Below, piece after piece: positions 1 through 10,032 of a stretch of DNA of 64,000 nt. The stretch lies in NCBI GenBank assembly GCA_013265495.1, contig MU058221.1, positions 5,316,066 to 5,380,065 on the forward strand, in the 5' to 3' direction. The DNA is from Vicugna vicugna. Its lineage: Eukaryota. The notes below the pieces were generated by a model. The model did not search any database. It was not told where the DNA came from and worked only from the letters and a program-made list of their open reading frames with translations. The position numbers were made by a program, and so were the translations under genes. Within the stretch, counting starts at the first letter, position 1. Every line of letters starts with the position of its first letter.

Positions 1-2169
1 CAGGGCCTTCCCCACCTGGCTCGGCCACCTGTCTGCCCAGCCGTCTGCTTCCCTCCAGCTGGGGCGCCTCCTCTGGCTATGGGGTGAGGTCAGGGGCTCC
101 TTGTGCTTCTGAGGTCTGGAAAAGCAGCGTGTAGCCAAGTGGAATGGGCTGGACAACCTCACAGGATTGGAAGCAGATGGGAGGCTGCAGCAGCTGGGCG
201 TCAGGCCTGACCCAGGCCGGCTCGACCCTCGCAGCGCCCCACACTGTGGGTGGGGTGGGGAGGGGGCCAAGAAAGACAGACAGGCTGACGGACGTGGAGG
301 GAGAAACAGAGGAGAGGCCGAGAGAGAGCTGGCAGAGACACACTGCGGAGCAAGGAGAGAGAAGCAGAGATTGGCAGCCGGAGAGCGGCCTGCGCCCAAG
401 GAGGCGTCAGCACGGCCCCCTGCCTGTCCCCTGCAGGCTCCAGCCCCCCACTGTCAGCCACCTCCTCTAGGCCCCAAGGGATAAGGCTGAGATTTTCTTA
501 GAACCAAGGAGGTGGCAGCTGGGTGGATGGCTTGAGGACTTGCTGGTCCCATTTGCCAGTAAAGACGCTGAACCCTTGAGGGCCTTAGGGGCCTGCCTTG
601 CTCTGCTGCGTCCTAGCAGTGCGACCGAGGGCCTCCATGTCCCCATCTGCAGAACAGAAGTGATCGCCACCCCCCAGGTCTGGATAACACAGCACATGCA
701 AAGCAGTGTAACCCGGCCCAGACGAGGCCGCCCTCAATGTAGTGGCCCTGAGCACCAGTCTGCTGACTTCCGTCCCCAGGCCTAGGAGGATAGGGTGCCG
801 AGGACGAAGTGGCCCCTTCTCTCAGGAGCCCCAGGTGGAGCTGTGCGGAGGTGGCAGTGGCACCAGCCGTAATTCGTGGCACAGAGAGATGGAGGAGGCG
901 GCACTGGGAAGTGCCTGGGGACTTCAGAGGAGAAACATACCTCCCCCTGCCTGCAGTGGAGGTGGGTCTGGCGGGGTAAGCGGCTGGACTGCAGCTGGCC
1001 CTCCTTTTCCTGGCCTGGGGACACAGCAGGGACACAGCCCTGCCCTCCTGGAGCCTCCGCTGCCATGGGTGGGAGTAACCCTGAGCAAGGGTCTGCTGGA
1101 GGGACGAGGGGGTTGCTCCTCAGTGCTGGCCCTGGGCGCCCAGTCCCAGTTCTGCCTCCGGCACCTTCGCACGGGAGGGCTCCCCAGGGTTACCCAATGG
1201 TTGTTTCTTGCTGCTAGGGCAGTTCTTCTGTATGTCCTTGGCTGACCCTGAGGTTTGAACATATCCCTTGGCCTCGGTCAGTGAGGGGTTTAGACAGCTG
1301 GACGCACCCCATGCTCCCGACCTGGGTGGGCGGGGCAGGGCTGTAACATCGCAGGCAGCTGTCTGCGCGCGGACGGCAGCCGGGAGCCCCGCCGTCCTGT
1401 TCACCCTTCTGGTGAGCAGGCTTCAGGGAACACAGTCTAATCTTTATCAGCGACAGTGGTTTCAGCTTTGCCCAGGCGTTCGACTAGAAGCTGCCCCAGG
1501 GCAGGGACTTTAACCCCAGTGTAGAGCACAGAGTAAGAGCTCAACCGATCTTTGTTGAGTAAATGAATTTTTCTGCCCGTTTATGGTCCCCAGGTGGACT
1601 CTTCCTGGCTCACAAGGGGCTCTGGCCATAACTTTGCAACCCTTAGACGCCTGGGACCTCGAGGGCCCTCCCAGCCCGGACACAGAGTGATCCTTGATTC
1701 ACACCATGTTCCCACCCTCGGCAAACAGCCGCCAGCTCCAACTGCTCATACATTTCCTGCCTGTCACCCTTGGCGCCCCGGCCAGGCCAGCCGGAGGCGC
1801 TGGGGGTGGCTGGTCCTTACCTGCTTCCAGTTCCCTGGGAAGTTTGGAGGCCAGAAGCCCAGGCCTGAGCTTGTGCCCAGAATAACTTCAGCAGAGCCTG
1901 GCCCTGGGAGATGCGGAAGCAGATCTGCCAGATGCAAAGATGTATGGGCTGGAGTGTTAGAGAAAACACAAACACCAGCTTGTGGTGCAGTTTGCACAAG
2001 CTGAATTCACTCCCATGAAACGCGACACAGGTCTGCCTGAGCACAGGCAGGGTGTGTGGAACTCTCGGTGGGGAGATGGAATTGATTTAAATGTTTTCCT
2101 TCTGTTCCCTTGCTTGTATTTTCAAATTTTTCTATAATTAACATGTACTGCCTCCTCATTTACAAAAAT

Positions 2170-2550
2170 GTTAACAGTTTTATTGAGATTCTAGTTTATC
2201 CATTGAAAGTGTGCAATTCAGTGGTTTTTAATATTTTCGCTAAAATGTGGCCATCACCACAGCCAATTTTAGAGCATTTTCATCAGCCCCCGAAGAAACC
2301 TCATAAGCTTTCACTCACTTTCTACACCCCAGTCTCCCTCTCCCTCCCAATCTATAGATTTCCCTGTTTTGGACATTTCGTGTGAATGGGCTCATATAAA
2401 CTGTGGGCTTTTGTGTCTAGCTCTTTTCAGCTAGCATACTGTTTTCAAGGTTCATCCATGTTCTGTTATATATTAATATTTCATTCCTTTTCATGGCTAA
2501 ATAATATTCCATCACATGGATATACCACGCTTTGGTTATTCATTCACCAT
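2170..2550 (-). mobile_element. Ancient L1 (L1MB/MC-like) 3'UTR fragment
   Basis: ttttattgagat...aagtgtgcaattcagtggtttttaatatt...tttcaaggttcatccatgtt...ttcattccttttcatggctaaataatattcca. Confidence 0.8.
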
Positions 2551-3639
2551 GGACATGACTTAAGTAATTTAAAAAATTGTGCTTTTTTTTTTTTTAAAGA
2601 ACTTGTCAAAAGCAGATTGATCAAGATGACAGTTGGTTCAGTATGACTGTTTCTGTTTGCTTGTTTTGAGACTTCTCAGCCTATGGTGCTGTTTTATGTT
2701 TTCAAACACCAGCGAGGACCCAGCTCACATCATGGACCCAGCTCTTTGCAGGAACGTGAGTTGGTGCCTTCAGGTTCTTCCACTGTGTTTCAGGCCCTGC
2801 AGCGGGTGGGGCTCCCTTGTCCCATTGATTCTTTGCAACTGACCTAGAAGCTGGGTACTTTTACTGTGCTCGTTTTAAAGATGAGTAAACTGAGGCTCTT
2901 CGAGGTCAACCAGCCTGCCCAGGGCCCCACAGCCTCACTGACTTTGGGGCCAAGATGAACTCTAGTGATCAGCATTTAGAACCAAATATGAACCCCTCTT
3001 TCTGGCCCACATATTAGTGTACGGAGAAGTGAAACGTTAAACAATGCTTGATAGCGTGGGTCTTGAAAAATACTTCTCTCGTGACCTCCCTGCTTGTCTT
3101 TCAGATTTTAGTTTTAAAATGACATTTCCAATCTGACTACTCTCTATAGGACAGACCATTAGGAAAAAAAACCCTAAGGATTTCAATCCCACTTGACCTC
3201 TTTTTCTGCACATAGAAGGTTGTATCCAAATTGCTTAAATATAGAAAAACGTATAATTTGAAAATAGTGAAAAATGGTTAAGTAGGTAAAGTGGACACCA
3301 TAGACTTAAAATGAACTTAAAAGGTAAATTAACTTATAGATAGAAATAATCGTTTTTTAAAATGCTCCCAAAGTGGGGAAATTACCCTGCAATGCACAGA
3401 AGTGACCAAGACAGGAAACTAGTCCACTTAAAAACAGAGACAAACTTGGTCAGCAGAGGAGGTATAATTAGAGATTTAAAAACTGGAAGTGAGCAAAAGC
3501 AGAAAGATGCAATATTGTTCCAGGGGTCACAACAATTACCACAATTCCCCTAAAGCATAGGCACCGTTACATTTGAAATAGGAAACATACCCCGTGGTAC
3601 ATAAATGCTATAGTAAATGAAATGCCTGTGACTGGAAGT

Positions 3640-3800
3640 GTTTATTCACAGGTTCAGCAAATATTTATCCAGATGCCACTGTGTGTCTGGACTGTTCTAA
3701 GCTCTGGGGGCTGGAGCAGCGAGCAGGGCAGCCCGCGTCCCTGCCCTCGTGGAGCTGACCTTCTGACCACAAGCGAGTGAACAGATAAAGCGATGATTTC
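3640..3800. mobile_element. L2 fragment
   Basis: ttcagcaaatatttatccagatgccactgtgtgtctggactgttctaagctctggg...gtccctgccctcgtggagctgaccttct. Confidence 0.7.
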
Positions 3801-4203
3801 TGTCCGTGATAACTCAGCCACCTGCCACACTGACCAAATCACCTTCATCGGACTCAGCGCCTCAGACCAGCTCAAAGGGGCCCCGGGGGCGTCACGTCGA
3901 GTCATTTTCAAAGGCGATGTAAGCGAGCAGCAGGACCTTGTTTAAAGGGCATCCTCCGTGCTACAGGGGTTCCTCAGGGTGAGAGCCTTCCTCAGCCGTC
4001 CCCAGAGCTGTGGCCACCTTGGATCCTGCATCCACAGAACGCCAGAGCCGGAGGGGATGCGAGAGGCCCTCTCAAGCTGTGCGTCTCACATGGAGATGTA
4101 GGCTGTCGCCAGGGGTTACATGAGAAGGGGTGTGTGGTGTGGCTGTCACAGCGCCTAGTACGTCCAGCCCTCTCCCCCGTATTTGTAGGCGTGTTTGTAG
4201 GTG

Positions 4204-4310
4204 CACGCGCACACACATTTACACCTACACACACCTCACGTCTACATACACACACATTCACACCTCCACAGACCCACACCTACACACACACATACGCACA
4301 CACGCACACC
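4204..4310 (+). repeat. Degenerate (CA)n low-complexity tract
   Basis: cacgcgcacacacatttacacctacacacacc...acacacacatacgcacacacgcacac. Confidence 0.85.
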
Positions 4311-7027
4311 CTCACCCCGCTTCTTCTGAAGAGATGGCATCTGTAGGTTTCTCTCCTGTCTCTCAGCCACAGCTGATTGGTCTAGGGGACGAAATCTGAC
4401 CGAGGCTGGACCAACTGACTGCCCTCGCTGGGCGTTTGGAGTTGGGATGATGCTGAGAGACGGGGATCCGTCGGTAGACAAACAGGAAAGAAGCAGAGCT
4501 GGGACGTGGCTGAGCGATGCTGTGCAAATGCCTAGAGGGAAGGGCCACAGATTGCACCTCCAGAGGTTGCGAGCTTTCCCGAGACTTCCCCCGGCCTCTC
4601 TGAAATGCCCTTATGTAGCCTTGGATAAGCCTCTTTTTACTCTTGAAGTGATTGTCTACTCCTCACAGCGTGGTCACAATCACACAAAGGGTCGGGAAAA
4701 CACTGGGTGAATAAAGCCACAGGAATTTCTTTACTGCAGGACTTTTCAGGGGCTTTACTATGTTAGTATACATAGTGACGTTCCAAAACGGGGCCAGGGT
4801 CTGTGCTGTCTCCCACACTCACGGGATATACCTCACCTGGCTGGTGTTCTGCAGAGGACCCTCTAGGGAGCTCTAGTCCATGCCCTTGTACTTGTATTCA
4901 CTGTACAAGTGAAGGAGTTAAAGCACAGAGAGGGAGAGTGAGTTCCTCAAGGCCACACAGCTGGTTGATTGCAGGAAAGATCTTGGCACCTAAGTCCTCC
5001 CAGTGTTCTTCCCACATGCCCCAGCTGACATAAGTCTTCCTTGGATGGACGATGCATGTGCTGGGATTCTTGGACCAAGGTGGGTGGTGGGAATGCAGGT
5101 CCAATGTGGACACGAGAGAAAGGGTGGGGTTGAGAATTGAAGGCCAGGGCTTGGCAGGAGAAACCCCTGTCTCCTTTGCTCTTGGGTGGTAGCCACGGCT
5201 TCAGCAGGTCTGAGGGCTTGGGGCTGGGCCTGGCCACCCGGCTGCCTTCCCTGGACAGCCAGGAGGACGGCTCCAGCTGCCCGGCCTTCCGCGCCTTCCC
5301 CCAGACCACAGGCGGACCGAGCAAGGGAGGAAGCCCGGGCCAGTCCTCGGCAGGGCCCGCCCAGGCAGCCAGCGCCGGGATGACGCGGGCTGTAAATCAC
5401 TCCGTGGACCACAGACCCAGTGCCATCCCCACGGGTTTCCTTTCCGCTTCTTAATCCTCCTCCTCAGACTCAGTAACAAAAAGCAGATTCCTGCTGGGGC
5501 CAGCCACGCACCACGGGCTTCGAGACTGTGAGCCTGGACTCCCCACATCAAGGTGCGCCATCCTCTCACTTTTCCTTTTCCCCTTCTTAGCTTCTGTTAG
5601 CTGGAGGACACGCCCTCCGCCTGGCCCGGCTCCCTCGCCCTCCTGGACCCCGCTTCCAGCCTTGCCCCAGCCTCGCACCTTGGCTGCCTGCCGAGCGGCC
5701 GCCCAGGCCTGAGGCTCACCAGGGCCTGTGGTTAGCAGCCCCTCCAGCCTCGTGGTTTGGCTGCAGCCCGGCTCCCCGAGCCTCCCTTTCAGCAGGAGCC
5801 GCCTCCGTGTGGTAGAGTAAACATTGCCGGTCTGGGTTCCAGTCCTCTCGCTGCCAGCTTGTAGCACTTTACCTCTGAGACGTGGACGGGAGAGAGCTCA
5901 CTGGCACCTCGGAGGTGCCTGACAGATGTTTTGCTTCAAAAATAAGTACTTAAGCTGTTGGTTCAGGGTTGTTGCAAGAAGCCAAAGAGAAGTCTTTGGA
6001 ACTGTGTTATTAGGCTCTTGCTGGGCCGGGCTGAGGGACGGCTCTGATGTTCTTGGTGGTCTCAGTGGACGTGGAGCCCTGGAAGAGCCTCCTCACCAGC
6101 TCTGACCTCCCCCAAAAGCTAGAGCTCCAGCTGCCCCCAGGACCTCGCCCCATCTCCTATCCCCTCCTGGTAGCAAGTCACCCTCCCTGGTCAGTTTTCT
6201 CATGTGCAACGCCAAGTTCAGCTGCCGGAGTGAAGTTTCCAAAGGCCAGGACTGCCAGGAACTTAAAGATGGGCTAGCCTAGTGTTTTCCAGTTGTGCCC
6301 ATAGCACCGGGGTTCTCAGAAGTATCCCAGGCTCCACGTTGGAGGGAATGCAATAGACTTTGGGTCCCCCTCTCTCTGTGGCCCCCGGACTCTCCTGATC
6401 CGAGTGGACCAGAACCGTGTTTGCCTGTTTCCTGTGTTAGAATTCAAAGGTCAGACTTCGTTTTGACTACAGTTGAAGAGGCTGTCATTTTATAGATGAG
6501 GACTGTCATTGTACAGAGAACATGAGGCCCAGCTGGCAGGTGGATGGGCTGGGCCTAGAGTCAGCCTCTTGGCTGCTGGAGTGAGATCTTGTCTGAGGGT
6601 GTAGGGAAAAGGGGCCGCGGACACCGTTCCCGTGGGAAGCAGGGCTGATTCGGACGTCCCCTCAGAGGAGGGACCTGGGCGATTGTGATATCAAGGCCAG
6701 GTGTCCCTCAGCTTCTTCTGCCCGCTACAGCCCTGCCCATTCCCCTCACCAAAGAATTTAGCAGTGGCTCTGAAATGCAGCGAAGTCAGGGGTGGAGTCA
6801 AGGGTATTGCGGGCTCTGATGGCAGCCAGTCCTGGGTCCAAATGCAAACTCCATCCCTTACTGAACTTTTCAAGATGCAGTCCCTGTCCGGGCCATACGT
6901 GTCCCTCCCAAGGCAGCTGCGAGGATTAAGAAAGAGAAGATGTTGTGGGTGTGGCACCTGGTAAAGGTCGGCCTTCTGGAGTCAGGGCCAGTAGGGGCTG
7001 CTTCTGACGGCTGGTTGTTTCTTTCAG

Positions 7028-7033
7028 GAGTGA
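7028..7033 (+). CDS. ATOH8: ATOH8 last coding exon portion: final codon GAG (Glu) plus TGA stop; upstream exons lie left of the window
   Basis: Acceptor ttgtttctttcag|GAGTGA. The following sequence (ccggctacgggctagtccaagg...tgtgggccctctttccagtcaagcttgaggagaaggtgagct...gagtccagcctcgtc) resembles the start of the human ATOH8 3'UTR as I recall it. ATOH8 is the convergent neighbour of ST3GAL5 in mammals. Confidence 0.8.
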   Translation, partial: E

Positions 7034-8090
7034 CCGGCTACGGGCTAGTCCAAGGACGCTGTTGTGGGCCCTCTTTCCAGTCAAGCTTGAGGAGAAGGTG
7101 AGCTTACCGAGTCCAGCCTCGTCTTCCTCTCTCAGATGCCACCGGATGCTCAGACCACTGCCTCTCAGGACAGGAGCTGGCCTGGCCCCCCCCCCCCCCC
7201 CCCCCCCCCCAGGTGACTTTGCACTTTGCTGTCTGCCTGGTGAGGTGGGGAGAGCAAAGCCTTCTCCTCCCCTGGGCCTGAGGCCCACCGTCCGGCTGCA
7301 GAAATTCATTGCCAAAGATTCGACAGAGACACTGAACGAAATGGGGTGAGAAGACCCCGCAGTGAAAAGCCACACTGTTGCTCTGTGGCCTTTGCTCCTC
7401 CTGCTGCCCGGGTCCCATCTCATGCCAAAGATGAGCCGGCAATTCCACGAGGAACTCATGGAAGGGATGGATGTTTGGTGACCATTGGAAGCCCTTGACC
7501 CTCTGACCCTGAACTCTTTCTACACTGGGCCCTGAGCCCACTGGACCCAAGATAAGCCTTCTGGGGGCTGTGGGAGGGAGGCTGGGGGTGCCTGTGGGGC
7601 GTGGGATCTGAGATCCCGGTCCCTCTCTCCCTCCCACTGGCTGTCAGGCCTCTGACCCTGATTCTCCATGTTCCCTGGGCCCAGGCTCCTTCTTGGGCCC
7701 TGAGCATCATGGGAAGGGAGTGAGGGTAGGGGTGAGGGAGAAGCAATATTGACCATCTGTACCCCACCCCAGGGACTTGCCCCAAGGTGACCTGCCTAAG
7801 GGTCTTGGCTCCCCCACCGGCCTAGCCAGCCACTGCTTGCCAGGGGCCTACCGTTCTGGCTGGGCACACAAGATGGCGCCCTGCCCGGGGCCAGTGGTCT
7901 GTGACCGGTTGTGCCGGGGGGCAGAGGGGAGGAAGGGACCAGGGGAATGGGCCAGTATGTGGGGAGAAGGGCATGTTCGGAGTCAAGGCCTATTCCTTCC
8001 TTGTGCTCAAAAGGCCAAAGCTGTTCACATCTGTGCTCAACCATCTGCTTCAAATTGAAGTAAAAGCCCCAACATGTAAAGAAAACACTT
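7034..8090 (+). other. ATOH8: ATOH8 3'UTR, proximal form; a longer form could extend to AATAAA at 10247-10252 or 11534-11539
   Basis: Follows the stop codon. Variant poly(A) signal AGTAAA at 8059-8064 with GT-rich sequence downstream (cttgcttgtgttg). The end position is inferred. Confidence 0.55.
7186..7210 (+). repeat. Poly-C homopolymer (25 nt) in the ATOH8 3'UTR
   Basis: Read directly from the sequence. Confidence 0.9.
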
Positions 8091-9504
8091 GCTTGTGTTG
8101 ACGGACTCTGTGGGTGACCAGGACTTTGGCTGGTCAGTTGGGGAGGGTTGTTGGGGAGGGAAGAGGTTGAGAGACCTTCAGGAAGCAGGCAGTGTGAGAA
8201 TGAGTGTGTCTGTGTGTGTAAGGGGGTTGGGGTGGGGCCCTTGCTACAGCCTCGGCCTGAACTAGTGACCAGGAGGCCTGTCAGGAACACGTGAGGACCT
8301 CTCTGCTTCGTACCTCACTTACTCCATACCATGAGTTTATAAGGTAGGGAATGAATTTTTAATCCCATTGTACAGATGAGGAAACTGAGGCCCCAGGGAG
8401 ACAGGGCCAGTCAGTGACAGAGCCACGTTCTCACCCCAAATCCTGTGCTCTTCACCCCCTTCCAGCCCCATAGTCCAGTTCCAGCCCAAAGTCTGTGTAG
8501 GCTTGACCTATCCCTTCCCCTCAGAGGGCCAAAGATGGGACCCACTGGGGATGGGGGAGCGGGTAATAAGAACTGGGAAAGGACTGTCAGGGTGGAGGGC
8601 TGTCAGGAGGGGCGGGGCTGCCCAAGGAGAGGGGAGGCGATGAGGGAAGGAGGCTGGGCCTTTGCAGGGTGCACGCCTGTTCCGTGGTTCCGCCCAGCGG
8701 CGCCCTCTCCTGTCTGCTCCCCAGGCTCCAGGACTGGGGCTGAAGTGTCTGCCTGCAGAGCAGGCTATAAGGAGCCTCCTCCTCTTGTACCAGTGTTTCC
8801 AGGCGTGGTTCTTGCCAAGGAACTGAGCTGCACCGGCTGGTCCTGGGTCTGGGACAGAAGCAGGGGGCACAGGCTGCCGATGGCCCGCCTCAGAGCAACG
8901 GTGCCCTGGAAGCAGGCCAGGCAGAGTGGGCTTGGCGTGGGGGCTGAGAGGGGATGATTAGGAAAGGCAGTCACCCCAGGTCTCTAGGAACAGATCGCAG
9001 CCTCACTCAGGTGTCCCTCTGCACCGCTGAGTAACGCTGGTGGCAGTCCCCAGGGAAGCAGGAAACATGGACCAGCCAGCATCAAACGTGCTGACTTAGT
9101 AAGAGGACCCTTCCTGTTACTAAAGGATTGGGGGGGCACCCCATCCTGCCGGGGGAGCAGACCCATGGCTTTTCTACCCAGCAGCAACTCATGGTCTCTA
9201 CTCCCCACCCCTCCCCTGCTCATCAGCTGCATCCCAGCTGGGTATGAGGAATAGGGAGATGGAGGCCACATGGTGCCTGTCTTCACAGAGCTCAGAATTC
9301 TGAACAGAAGCAAATAACTGTGATGCAGTCAGATGACTTGGTGTTGCTGGAAGCTTCAGAAAAGAAACACTGAACCCTCCCTGGGGAGGTATCATGAAAG
9401 GCTTTCCTAGAAAGGAGCCACGTGAGTTGGATCTTGAAGGATGAATAGAAGTTTTCTAAGCAGAGGAATGGGAGAAGAGCTTTCTATGCAGAGAAGTATC
9501 TAGT

Positions 9505-9681
9505 CCTGGCAAGACACTGGAATCACCTGAAGAGATTATTAAATATTGATATAAAGTGTTAATGCCAGAGTTCCATCTCCAGAGGTTCTGCCATATTGGT
9601 CTGGAGGGTGGTCTGGGCATTTGGGATTTTTAAAAGCGCCCAAAGTGAGTACAATGTGCAGGCAAGGTTGAGAGCTGCTGG
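9505..9681. mobile_element. MER5A-like hAT-Charlie DNA transposon
   Basis: ggaatcacctg...ccagaggttctg...ggtctggagggtggtctgggcatttgggatttttaaaagcgcccaaagtga...aatgtgcaggcaaggttgagagctgctg. Confidence 0.75.
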
Positions 9682-9874
9682 TTTAAGTGGGCTCAGGTCT
9701 CTGACAAAAAGGTGATTTAGAATCCCTGCTATGGGATACGGGCTGTGCTAGAATTGTGGAGGGGTATATGTGTGTACAGACAGACACGCAAAGTGTTGTG
9801 ATGCCCTCAGATGACTGTATGAATGTACACTCACAAGTATGTGTGTAGATGACTGATTAAAAGTCCATGCTTGT

Positions 9875-10032
9875 GGGGGAGGGTGTAGCTCAAATGGTAG
9901 AGTGCGTGCTTAGCAAGAATGAGGTCCCAGATTCAATCCCCAGTACCTCCATCAAAAAAACCCTAATAATAAATAAATAGACCTAATGGCCTCCCTCCCC
10001 AATTTTTAAAAATTAAATAAAGAAAGATACAC
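9875..10032 (+). mobile_element. tRNA-Ala-derived SINE (camelid Vic-1-like), long-tail type
   Basis: ggggagggtgtagctcaaatggtagagtgcgtgcttagca...ttcaatccccagtacctcca head, A-rich tail and acctaatggcctccc motif. Degenerate TSD attaaaagtccatgctt / attaaaaaatcctgtgctt. Confidence 0.88.

Noticed and set aside
1..7027. Additional ATOH8 coding exons, an intronic miRNA or BMP-responsive elements
   Set aside because: No bHLH-like translation appears in the track. I could not identify a convincing hairpin or a correctly spaced GGCGCC-N5-GTCT element by eye.
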